From Methanotrichaceae archaeon (lineage in GTDB: Archaea > Halobacteriota > Methanosarcinia > Methanotrichales > Methanotrichaceae), in assembly GCA_963803145.1 (NCBI GenBank), contig CAWDLW010000008.1, positions 500,944 through 564,943 on the forward strand: a stretch of DNA of 64,000 bases, in the 5' to 3' direction. Shown here piece after piece: positions 1-8,727 of this stretch (its first letter is position 1; every line of letters starts with the position of its first letter). The notes below the pieces were generated by a model. That model did not search any database, was not told where the DNA came from, and saw only the letters and a list, made by a program, of their open reading frames with translations. The position numbers were made by a program, and so were the translations under genes.

Positions 1-548
1 ATCCGATGAATTTGAATCGAAAATCCAGGCTGTAGCTCCTCTTTCATCCCCTTAATCTCTTCCAGGATATGAGGTATTGCGCCCGTGTTCGCTTTTATAG
101 CATCAGTGTTCGCTTTGATAGCTGGCAGGATATCAGTGTTCGCTTTGATAGCTGGCAGGATATCAGTGTTCGCTTTGATGGCTGGCAGGATATCAGTGTT
201 CGCTTTGATGGCTGGCAGCTCATCAAGACGTTGAATGCCCTTAGCCAACTGCGCGTTCATGTTCACAATTGAAGTTTTGGTGATATCTGGCACTCGACCC
301 TCAAAATTCTCAGATTTGATATTTGTAACCTGTGCTTTTTGGGGCCTTTTGGCCTTTACTGCTTCCATGAACTCCCTGAACTGCTCATCATCGGCTTCGA
401 GCCTGGCGATAACTGCCTGTTCGCCCCCTATAACATCATTTTTTACCCCAAATCTCTCAATATCGCAGTCGTCAGCTAACGCGATCAGAAATGGCCTGTA
501 GCCAACATCGTGAACTTTGGGTCCGCTGATTATGATTTTAATCTTCAC
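1..548 (-). CDS. Acylphosphatase-domain protein with 10-aa tandem-repeat/coiled-coil tail (runs off window start)
   Basis: Not in ORF track. Manual translation from GTG at 548: MKIKIIISGPKVHDVGYRPFLIALADDCDIERFGVKN...QRLDE(LPAIKANTDI)x~4...EEIKGMKEELQPGFSIQIHR. VGYR and downstream Asn fit the acylphosphatase motif; GGAGG upstream; start overlaps stop of upstream small gene. Confidence 0.8.
   Translation of the reverse strand, partial: MKIKIIISGPKVHDVGYRPFLIALADDCDIERFGVKNDVIGGEQAVIARLEADDEQFREFMEAVKAKRPQKAQVTNIKSENFEGRVPDITKTSIVNMNAQLAKGIQRLDELPAIKANTDILPAIKANTDILPAIKANTDILPAIKANTDAIKANTGAIPHILEEIKGMKEELQPGFSIQIHR
102..218. repeat. 30-bp in-frame tandem repeat, ~4 copies (ATCAGTGTTCGCTTTGATRGCTGGCAGGAT)
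   Basis: Directly visible; encodes ILPAIKANTD on the minus strand. Confidence 0.95.
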
Positions 549-666
549 CCTTCACCCTCCTATCAGGCACAAAGCTCATCAAAAGATCATGCCAGGTTCG
601 ATTGCCCTTAACCTTTTCCAGCTCTTCAGCTTCCCAATCTTCGAGCGTGACATGGACGTGTTTCAT
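538..666 (-). CDS. Small ribbon-helix-helix/antitoxin-like protein (42 aa)
   Basis: MKHVHVTLEDWEAEELEKVKGNRTWHDLLMSFVPDRRVKGED: beta-strand/helix/helix pattern; TATA box ~23 nt upstream of this ATG; 3' end overlaps acylphosphatase start. Confidence 0.6.
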   Translation of the reverse strand: MKHVHVTLEDWEAEELEKVKGNRTWHDLLMSFVPDRRVKGED

Positions 667-688
667 TGTATCATAGTATGTATGATAG

Positions 689-696
689 TATTTATA
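689..696 (-). promoter_or_regulatory. Archaeal TATA box (TATAAATA), leaderless transcript
   Basis: Spacing to ATG at 666 fits a leaderless archaeal mRNA. Confidence 0.55.
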
Positions 697-1323
697 GGGC
701 TCCTCTCTATTTCCAGTGGGTATACTCAAGAGGGGTCTGAGCCTACCAGGAAAACGATTAAGAATCGCTCTGTGTCTCCGTGCCTCAGTGGTGAATTTCG
801 TTTTGTCTAGCAATAGCCGAACGAACCAAGAATTGGATGCTCAAATAACAATCAACATCCCATCGCCAAGCATACAAAGAATATTCAAGAAGTCCCGGAG
901 CCTCCAAATTCCAACATCTCCGCCAAACCCTCTTATCACCATTCAATTCAGATTATGGCGCACTCAAATCTATAGCCCGGAATGAGCCCGCTTTTGATCA
1001 TGCCTTTTCTGGATTCCTCTTCCGGATTCAGCCTATGCCTTTCGATCATCAAGCTCTCTGCCATAAGCAGGTGCTAACAAGCCTTCAGGGATTAAAAACT
1101 TACCGCTGTGTTAATTATATCAATTCCTTATTGCTGCCATTCGTCCTGGACCTTTGTTATCTCCCTACACAGCTTCAGTCCATCCCCGACAAGCTGATAT
1201 GTCATCTCTCCCCTGGCAGGATGCATCTGTACATATCCAAGTAAAGCCTTTTTTACCCCATTTCCTCCTGCGGGAACTCTTCTGGCAAAGGCTCTCTCCG
1301 GTACATGGCGCCGATTTGCTGAG

Positions 1324-1590
1324 ATGGGCGGCTCTGCAGATGCTCAATCAATTATGAGTTATACGAACGTATAAGCGAACATCCCGGTCTGAGCGCATAC
1401 GAATACGCAAAGGTTTCCGGCTGGTCGATTGGGAGAACTCACTCCTCCATCAAAAGGCTGGAGAGTCAAGCTTATCGCCAGGCCTAAGCCGTGGCAGGAG
1501 TTCTTCACAAAGGAAGAGCTGGAAGAGATGAAACAGTCAGATTTCTGGGATGAGCTAGAGACTATAGTGACGAGCGATAAAGAGTTGTAA
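1324..1590 (+). pseudogene. Frameshifted winged-HTH protein remnant
   Basis: Frames give NYELYERISEHPGLSAYEYAKVSGWSIGRTHSSIKRLE and VKLIARPKPWQEFFTKEELEEMKQSDFWDELE; needs two frameshifts. Confidence 0.45.
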
Positions 1591-1923
1591 ACGGCCGATC
1601 TCTGCTCGTCTTTTATCGTCTAGATTCATCTTTTTACCTTTGTAGTGATCAGCCGTCGTTTGTTTATAATTACAGCCAGACACCCTCTTCCATATAGGCG
1701 AGAATCCTTGTCCAGTAAACCTTATCGCCTGCATTTCCAGAAACCTTCCCCCGAAGAGGGGTTAGGGGCAGCCCGCCCGGGCGTTTGAGTGCGCTAGAGC
1801 GCTGTTATTGTTAGCCCGAAAAGGAAGTTTAGTCTCTTGAATTAGAAGCAGCCCCAAACGCAAAGTCAGAGCAGTTCTGGATTGTCCCGCTCTTACGAGT
1901 TCAATTTTAACTTGGATATGCTT

Positions 1924-2484
1924 TCAGATAATTCCCTTCTCTTTCAATGCCATCTTCATCTCTTTCAGCTCTTCCAGATCGGCTTCAATACGCTCGAACT
2001 TCATATCCATATAGCTCTTCAGGTCTACCCTCAGTCCCCGAATTTCTCCTGTGGTCGCATCCTGCTTGTCGAGCATTTGGTCTTGCTTGTTGAGCATTTG
2101 GTCTTGCTTGTCGAGCGTTTGGTCTTGCTTGTCGAGCGTTTTATTGAGACTGCCAACCAATTCTTTCAATAACTCTATTCCATCATCAAGACGTTCCCCG
2201 ACCTCTTCAGGACCGGTGATCTTCTTGAAGCTCGAGTATTGGCCGGACCCTTGAGAGTACTGCGTATCGACGTTTTCAACATCTATTATGGCGTTCTTGA
2301 TCCGGAGAGCTGATGTGAAATTCTCTAAATCGTTCCTCTCACCTTCCGCGATCACCAGCACCTGGCCATCCGGGCGGTTCTGAACCAACCCCACCAAATT
2401 CATCTCATGAGCCAGAGATACTACTTTAGCACGGTATCCTACTCTCTGAACTCTCCCTGAGATATACGCAGTTAGTCTGATCAT
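1924..2484 (-). CDS. acyP: Acylphosphatase with heptad-repeat coiled-coil C-terminus
   Basis: ISGRVQRVGYR...GLVQNRPDGQV motif, then (LDKQDQT/M) repeats. Confidence 0.85.
   Translation of the reverse strand: MIRLTAYISGRVQRVGYRAKVVSLAHEMNLVGLVQNRPDGQVLVIAEGERNDLENFTSALRIKNAIIDVENVDTQYSQGSGQYSSFKKITGPEEVGERLDDGIELLKELVGSLNKTLDKQDQTLDKQDQMLNKQDQMLDKQDATTGEIRGLRVDLKSYMDMKFERIEADLEELKEMKMALKEKGII
2060..2141. repeat. 21-bp in-frame tandem repeat, ~4 copies
   Basis: TTGGTCTTGCTTGTYGAGCRT repeated; encodes the heptad TLDKQDQ. Confidence 0.9.
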
Positions 2485-2516
2485 TACCGTAAGTAGTTAG
2501 TGTGATCTATGTATAA

Positions 2517-2567
2517 GTGACTTCCTCCCCGGCCTAAAAGACCGGAGTTTGCGCCCTGAACTTTTCT
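2517..2567 (-). mobile_element. PATE-like miniature IS200/IS605 derivative (51 bp, single hairpin)
   Basis: Minus strand AGAAAAGTTCAGGGCGCAAACTCCGGTCTTTTAGGCCGGGGAGGAAGTCAC; last 13 nt identical to the right end of the tnpB element (GGGAGGAAGTCAC, 11906-11918). Confidence 0.65.
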
Positions 2568-2602
2568 ATCATCTCCGCCTTATTGTAATGGCGAAGAATA
2601 TC

Positions 2603-2746
2603 CTAGCTCTTCATAGCAAGGATGTTTGCCTTCACCTTTGAGGCAGCCCAATATCTGACGATGTATCCTTTAGAACGATCCTGCCCCTGAGCGGATACAA
2701 TAAACAGTGAAATCAGAATAAAGCTAAATACAGGGTTGCGTATCAT
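2603..2746 (-). pseudogene. Internally deleted copy of the secreted HEAT-repeat gene
   Basis: MIRNPVFSFILISLFIVSAQGQDRSKGYIVRYWAASK...: near-identical signal peptide to 4070..5215 joined to its VRYWAA segment. Confidence 0.75.
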
Positions 2747-2888
2747 TTTATCTCCTTTGATCTTGAGATAAACTGGGAAGAGATTTTGATTATAAATATT
2801 ATTTTATATGATTTTGTGGTTGATCAAAGTATCCTGTATGTTCAATAACTGTGCCAACGGCTTCTCACCACTTAGCCTTGGCACAACC

Positions 2889-3647
2889 TCAAAGAGAGAA
2901 ACCTTCCAGATTTATCTCATCCAATCGCACTGATCCATTGATCGCTTTGGCGCTCATCTTATATTTCCCGGATGGAAATCCTGTCATATTAACGCTTACA
3001 TTAAAGCTACCCTTCACGATCACCTTTTTGATCAGCGTCATGGTTAGGTCCACCCTGGAGACATTCTCCGCAGCATCCCCGAAGATCTTAATCTGATAGC
3101 TTCCAGGCGAGAGCATATCATTAGTAATAGTAGCTGTGCCGTTATTATCTGCCTCGCTTTGTGAGGTGACCCATATTCTCTCGAATGTAGGCTTCCAGAC
3201 CATGCTCGAGTTCTGATAGCTTCCCTGATCCTTCCGAACACCAATGTTCAGGTTATTCACCTTGCTTGCAGATACTGTAAAGTTGTTAGGCAAAGCGGGG
3301 ATAAAAATGCCTCCAGCATCGTATGCATACCCAGAGACATCTAATCCTTGGATATTTTTTCTGATATATGGATAAGAGATGTTGAAATCAGATGAGATAG
3401 GAGGGATGTGGATGCCGACAAGATCGTAGCTGTAGCTGCCTGAGAATACCGGGGCTGTATCTTGAATGGTGAAGTTAAGGAGAAGCTCGCCTGAGCCTAC
3501 CCCCGAGATCCTCATCTCGCCGGGTGTGAGTCCCACGCATGAGAGCAGTATGCAAATTACTGCCAATGACCTCAGGATTGTGAGGAGCTGCCTATTGGCC
3601 ATATCTATCGCCTGCCGGCTGTTGCGATCATCTTCGTTCGTCTCCAA
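2889..3647 (-). CDS. Secreted hypothetical (Ig-like beta-rich) protein
   Basis: ORF track; signal peptide after MANRQLL (true start probably ~3602); many NxS/T sequons. Confidence 0.75.
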   Translation of the reverse strand: METNEDDRNSRQAIDMANRQLLTILRSLAVICILLSCVGLTPGEMRISGVGSGELLLNFTIQDTAPVFSGSYSYDLVGIHIPPISSDFNISYPYIRKNIQGLDVSGYAYDAGGIFIPALPNNFTVSASKVNNLNIGVRKDQGSYQNSSMVWKPTFERIWVTSQSEADNNGTATITNDMLSPGSYQIKIFGDAAENVSRVDLTMTLIKKVIVKGSFNVSVNMTGFPSGKYKMSAKAINGSVRLDEINLEGFSL

Positions 3648-3672
3648 ACCAGGGTAATTGCTTTAAAGTGTA

Positions 3673-3942
3673 CTACATTTTATGTTTTAATATCAAATTG
3701 CGTATAGTTATAAACATAAGTTCTAGCAGATATCCGTTCAAGCTGTACTCGCCGGGAGCAAATATATCGACTCCTGCCTCGATCGTGAGAAACTCGTACA
3801 GCCCGTCGCCATCCATATCCACTCCGTGATCCGTGAAGTTTCCTGTAAGAGATGCTAGGCCAGCTCCTGGATTTTGGCCGCATGCATTCAAGCTGAGGCA
3901 TATTGCCAAAAGAAGCGAAAGGAGCAAAAGAAACAGATACAC
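3673..3942 (-). pseudogene. Truncated N-terminus of a cell-surface protein
   Basis: Signal peptide plus DMDGDGLYEFLTI Ca-binding-like motif, then abrupt AT-rich end. Confidence 0.5.
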
Positions 3943-4069
3943 GTGAGTAATACGAGAATTAATGCCGAATTAATTATTCTCCTCATTTTTCCCTCCCAAC
4001 GTACGAGATTTTCTTCACTATCGTTTGTTTAATTATCAAGCAAATGGCATTTCACCGCAATCTCACGAT

Positions 4070-5215
4070 TCATATATTTAGCGCTCTTTTCGGTATTATG
4101 AAACTATGTCCTTCTTCGCCGATCTTTTTTAGAGCTTTAGAAGCGCTTAACCGTACATTGCTATCTTTATCATTTGAGAGCACCTGGAGCAGTGGCAATC
4201 TGGCTTTTGAGTCTCCAATCTCTCCAAGAGCATCAGCAGCTCCCCCTTGAACTGCGCTATTTCCGTTTTGGAGCGCCTGAATCAATGGGTCTATTGCAGG
4301 TTTTCCAATTCCTGCAAGAGAGTTTGTGGCTGCCGTTCGAACATCGCTGTCATTATCACCTAGCGTCTGAATCAACGGCTCTATAGCTCCGGTATCTTGC
4401 GAATTCCCGAGCGAATATGCAGCCTCTGCCCGAACATTTTTGTCATCATCCCCAAGTGCCTGAATTAACGGCTCCACGGCCCTCTTATCATTAATCCTTC
4501 CCAGAGCCCATGCCGCACTTTCCCTGCCGCTTTTATCTTCTCCCTTCAGGATTCCGATCAATAAATCGTAAGTCTCGGCACCTTTGATGGCTCTGAGAGC
4601 CCATAGAGCCTCTCCTCTGGCGTCTATGTTGTCATCCTTAAGTGCATTGATCAGTGGATCAACAGCTCGATTATCTTTGATCATTCCGAGAGACACAGCA
4701 GCCCAATATCTGACATCGCTGCTGTTATCCCTGAGCGCAAGCATCAGAGGATCTGATGCTCTGGTATCGTTGATCAAGCCCAGCGCAGCCGTTGCCTCCC
4801 ATCGAACCAGGCTATCGTTATCTTTCAGGGCCTGGATCAATGGGTCAACTGATGGCTTCCCGATCTTTACGAGCGCGAGAACTGCCCACTCTCGGACGTT
4901 GCTGTCATTATGCTTCAATACCTGGATCAAAGGATCGATGGCGCTAACATTGCCGCTCTTTCCAAGCGCCCAGGCAGCTTCCATTTTGACGCTGTTATCT
5001 TTATCCTTTAGAGCCTGAATCATTGGGTCTATGGCCCTGGTATCACCGATCTTTGCAAGAGCCTGTATAGCGCTTATCCTGACTTTGCTGCTGTCGTTAT
5101 GTTCGAGCTGCTGAATGTAAGTCTCTATGGATGTGTCTTTAGTATGATCCTGTCCCAGAGCAGGTACAATAAGCAGTGAAATCAGAATAAAGCTAAATAC
5201 AGGGTTGCGTATCAT
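4070..5215 (-). CDS. Secreted HEAT/PBS-lyase repeat protein
   Basis: Repeats of VRxxAAxALGxIxDxRAxxPLIxALxD; N-terminal signal peptide. Confidence 0.92.
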   Translation of the reverse strand: MIRNPVFSFILISLLIVPALGQDHTKDTSIETYIQQLEHNDSSKVRISAIQALAKIGDTRAIDPMIQALKDKDNSVKMEAAWALGKSGNVSAIDPLIQVLKHNDSNVREWAVLALVKIGKPSVDPLIQALKDNDSLVRWEATAALGLINDTRASDPLMLALRDNSSDVRYWAAVSLGMIKDNRAVDPLINALKDDNIDARGEALWALRAIKGAETYDLLIGILKGEDKSGRESAAWALGRINDKRAVEPLIQALGDDDKNVRAEAAYSLGNSQDTGAIEPLIQTLGDNDSDVRTAATNSLAGIGKPAIDPLIQALQNGNSAVQGGAADALGEIGDSKARLPLLQVLSNDKDSNVRLSASKALKKIGEEGHSFIIPKRALNI

Positions 5216-5297
5216 TTTGTCTCCATTGTTCTCGAAATTAACCGCAAAGATATGTAGCGCATGAATACGATTTAATATGATTTAGAAGGGAAAATGC

Positions 5298-6059
5298 TCA
5301 GAGATTCATGAATATTTTCATGGCCTCGTTTCCCTTACCAAGCGCCAGCAATGCATGCATCTTGTTATTCAGAGCCTGACTCCACTTCGGGTCTATCTTC
5401 AAAGCATTATTGTAAGCATCCAGAGCCTCGGAGTATCTCCCTGCATGCATCAGCGCAAGGCCCTCCGCATTGTAGGCATACTTATTCTTAGAATCTTGAG
5501 AAATCACCTGATTTAGAAGATCCATTGCCTGAGAATCGTTTCCAAGCGAAATGTCAGTTAAAGCTTTTCCATATAATGCATCCTTATAATTAGGATCTAA
5601 AGCCAACGCACCATCGAACTTGGCGCTAGACTCAGAGTATCTTCCCTGGAGCTGCAGGAGTTGCCCTTCTTTATACCAGCTGCCCTTATCCTTTGGGTTT
5701 AATTTGGTGATCGCTGATGCAGCTATGGAGGCATTGGCATAATCCTTGTTAGCTGAGTATGCATCAATCAATCCCGACCAGACAGCAGCTGTTTTATTAT
5801 TAGCCTTCAGGCCCTGATTATACGATTCAATTGATCCATTGTAATTCCTAAGAATTTTCTGTGTATCCCCTTTGTGAACCCATGCGTTAACATAACCCGG
5901 ATCCTGATCTATTGACTTGTTGAAGTAATCCAGCGACTCAGTGTAGTTTCTGTAATTATAGAGCTTGCTTCCCAAATCATCAAAATAAGCAGGTGCCGTG
6001 TCAGCAGCACAGATGGTACTCAGGATAATGAAGCATAATGCCAGGGTAAATAGTCTCAT
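5298..6059 (-). CDS. Secreted tetratricopeptide repeat protein
   Basis: TPR motifs (AWVHKG...ALDAYNNALKIDP); signal peptide; paralogue of next gene. Confidence 0.9.
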   Translation of the reverse strand: MRLFTLALCFIILSTICAADTAPAYFDDLGSKLYNYRNYTESLDYFNKSIDQDPGYVNAWVHKGDTQKILRNYNGSIESYNQGLKANNKTAAVWSGLIDAYSANKDYANASIAASAITKLNPKDKGSWYKEGQLLQLQGRYSESSAKFDGALALDPNYKDALYGKALTDISLGNDSQAMDLLNQVISQDSKNKYAYNAEGLALMHAGRYSEALDAYNNALKIDPKWSQALNNKMHALLALGKGNEAMKIFMNL

Positions 6060-6102
6060 GTCGATGCCCTCTGGATCTCATAGTGCTTCGAGCTTGTCAT
6101 CA

Positions 6103-6861
6103 TCAAGCCACCATGAATAGATCCATCGCTTCTTTCGACTTGCCTGAGATCATCAGATCATTCATTTTGTTAACCGAAGTCTGGCTCCATCGGGGATCAA
6201 TCTCCTGTGCCATATCGTAAGCCGACTTAGCCTCTGCATACTTTCCTTCTCCCTCTAGAGCTAAACCCTTGGCGTTATAGGCGTATTTGTTTTTGGGGTC
6301 GATAGCCAATACTTGATCGAAAAGCTTTATAGCACCAGTATCATTGCCTGTTGCAATAAGAGAGATTCCCTCTTGATATAACGCATCCTTATATTGAGGA
6401 TCTAAGTTCAATGCGCCATCATATTTTTGCAGGGATTCCTTAAACTTTCCCTGCGTCTGGAGGAAACTTCCTTCACGAAGCCAGCTTGCTTTATTCTTTG
6501 GGTCGAGCTTCGTAACCTCAGCGGCAGCAATAGTAGCGTTGGCGTAATCGTTGAGAGTCGTATATACAGTTATCATCCCAGACCATGCCGCTTTGCTGCT
6601 GTTGTCCAACTGTACAGCATGATTGTATAACGCCAGGGAGGTACTGTAATTTTTCATAGCCATTAGGGTGTCTCCCTTGTGCACCCATGCATCCACATAT
6701 TTGGGATCCTGCTTGAGCGCCTTATCGAAGTAGATCAGAGCTCCGGTGTAGTTCTTGGATGAAGATAGTTTGCAGCCCTTCCAGTCGAAGTACTCTGTCT
6801 CCTCTGCTGCACAAACTGCAATTAGGAGAAGAAAACATAATGCAAGGATGATTATCTTCAT
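6103..6861 (-). CDS. Secreted tetratricopeptide repeat protein
   Basis: TPR motifs; colinear tandem paralogue of 5298..6059. Confidence 0.9.
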   Translation of the reverse strand: MKIIILALCFLLLIAVCAAEETEYFDWKGCKLSSSKNYTGALIYFDKALKQDPKYVDAWVHKGDTLMAMKNYSTSLALYNHAVQLDNSSKAAWSGMITVYTTLNDYANATIAAAEVTKLDPKNKASWLREGSFLQTQGKFKESLQKYDGALNLDPQYKDALYQEGISLIATGNDTGAIKLFDQVLAIDPKNKYAYNAKGLALEGEGKYAEAKSAYDMAQEIDPRWSQTSVNKMNDLMISGKSKEAMDLFMVA

Positions 6862-7028
6862 TGAACCCCTTATTATTTGATTGAATTATCCGTTTACTTA
6901 TGTTAGTTAAATTCGTCCGTCTCTGTGCCTTTGTGTCTTCGTGGTGATCATCCGCCGTTTGTTTATTTGCAGCCAGACATCATTTTCCATACAGGCAAGA
7001 ATCTTAGCCCCAAATGAAAGTATTGTCC

Positions 7029-7245
7029 TTAAGCCGTTCTCGATGCGTCATCCTGCTTTGGCTCCTCATGGATCGCCAGTAACCCCAGAGCTTCCTCTTT
7101 GCTAAGGGTTTATCTACTCTTCTGGTCCTCCCATAGCTTTCTGAAGAAGTAGAAGTACTCGTAAAGCTCCAGGATATCTTTTGCATACACAACCACTCCT
7201 TCTTCTATCACTGCCATCTTCAGGTAGAGTGGCATCATCGAGAAT
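7029..7245 (-). pseudogene. C-terminal fragment of MNT nucleotidyltransferase antitoxin
   Basis: Frame FSMMPLYLKMAVIEEGVVVYAKDILELYEYFYFFRKLWEDQKSR*TLSKEEALGLL resembles archaeal MNT C-termini; internal stop. Confidence 0.6.
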
Positions 7246-7433
7246 AGTATTATTTAGGCCCTCTATCACTAACAGCCTGATCTCTTCAAGACCCAAGCCT
7301 CGATCATCTCTTGGAAGGCCTTGTAGGTGGCGAGCTTTGTTTTATCATCGCCGAGGAACTGATCAGGCGGAATATCCAGAGCCCACATCTTTATCTGGTC
7401 TGCTCTTTTTAGTATTATATTTGCTTTATCTTC

Positions 7434-8571
7434 GAGGATTCCTATAAACCTACCCCCTGCTTTAGCATCGAAAGTGTTAAATACAGCAAATAGTATTTAT
7501 TGTTATGGATTCTTTTACTACTTGGGTATTGAAAGGTCTAAATGCAAAGCAAGAGGAGTCTAAATTAGCTCAAGTATCTGGATTGATCAATTGGGTTCCC
7601 TTTCGTCCTCTTCTGGAAGGGATGTATACTAATAAGACCGAGAAGGGAGGAAGGCCCAACTGTGATGTTATTCTAATGTTCAGGATCCTGATTCTCCAGC
7701 AGTGGTATGGCCTGAGCGATCTGGCTGTTGAACGGCAAATGGCTGATCGCATATCATTTATGGCATTTCTTGGTTTTCCTGATCAGTTCCCTGATTCCAG
7801 AACTATATGGTCATTCAAAGAACGAATGGCGGAGACAGGAACAGATAGGCTTGTTTGGGCTGAACTTCAAAGACAGTTGGATGCAAAAGGATTGAAGATC
7901 AGACGCGGAATTGTTCAGGATGCTACCTTTATAGAAGCAGATCCAGGATCATCGGAGTCAAAGAAACCACGTGGCGATGAGGCTAAGACACGTCGCAGCA
8001 AGGATGGCACATGGGCTAAGAAAGGCAATGAAACTCACTTCGGATATAAGTTACATCAAATAACTGATATCGATTACAGCCTAATACGTGATATAGAGAC
8101 CTCGACTGCATCACTGCATGACAGTCAGGTTGATCTCTCTATCCCTGGCGTGCCAGTTTTCAGAGATAGAGGATATTTCGGTGTGAAGGCCAAAGGTATT
8201 GATTTTACAATGAAGCGCAGGACTACTGATAAACCTCTTTCTGATCTTGATAAAGAACGCAATCAGTTGATCAGTATCCTCAGATCGCCTGGCGAAAGGC
8301 CCCATGCTGTAATCAAGAGGGTTTTCGAGGCTGGAAGAGTGCTTGTTACATCAGTCAGAAGAGTGCATGTGAAAATGATAGTTACCGCTTTCGCTTTTAA
8401 CTTGTATCAGCTTTGTACTCTTAAAAAGGCAAATGTCATTTAGGGATAGCGGATGCTATCGAGAATTAACTGAAAAAAAACAGGTTAGACCAAGAATAGC
8501 GAACATCGTAAGGCAAATCTAGAGTCGATTTAAAAAAACCGCCCTTAGGATACAAGTAAATAGGAATCCTC
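7434..8571 (+). mobile_element. IS5-family insertion sequence, copy 1 (1138 bp)
   Basis: 12-bp terminal IR GAGGATTCCTAT; 4-bp TSD CTTC (7430-7433 / 8572-8575). Confidence 0.95.
7505..8443 (+). CDS. IS5-family DDE transposase
   Basis: LQQWYGLSD (DUF772-type), VQDATFIEA, HFGYKLH, RDRGY motifs. Confidence 0.95.
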   Translation: MDSFTTWVLKGLNAKQEESKLAQVSGLINWVPFRPLLEGMYTNKTEKGGRPNCDVILMFRILILQQWYGLSDLAVERQMADRISFMAFLGFPDQFPDSRTIWSFKERMAETGTDRLVWAELQRQLDAKGLKIRRGIVQDATFIEADPGSSESKKPRGDEAKTRRSKDGTWAKKGNETHFGYKLHQITDIDYSLIRDIETSTASLHDSQVDLSIPGVPVFRDRGYFGVKAKGIDFTMKRRTTDKPLSDLDKERNQLISILRSPGERPHAVIKRVFEAGRVLVTSVRRVHVKMIVTAFAFNLYQLCTLKKANVI

Positions 8572-8727
8572 CTTCATATCTTTTTATTCTATTTATATCC
8601 ATGTGGGTCCTCTGGGCAACTTTCCTATTCTTTTCTTTCAGCAGCCCATCTTTTGCCTTCGTGTTTCCAATTCATAGGCATTTTTGGATTTTGGCAAACA
8701 GCGCCCACAACATTGATATTAATATTT

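Larger units (their letters stand above)
7269..8602 (-). pseudogene. HepT/DUF86 RNase toxin N-terminal half interrupted by IS5
   Basis: Removing the IS and one TSD restores MDINRIKRYEDKANIILKRADQIKMW...DDKTKLATYKAFQEMIEA; truncated before the RxxxxH motif. Confidence 0.65.

Noticed and set aside
102-218. 30-bp repeats as a CRISPR array
   Set aside because: Head-to-tail with no spacers, in frame within a CDS; no cas genes.
69-272. Plus-strand ORF with DISVRFDSWQ repeats
   Set aside because: Shadow of the minus-strand acylphosphatase gene.
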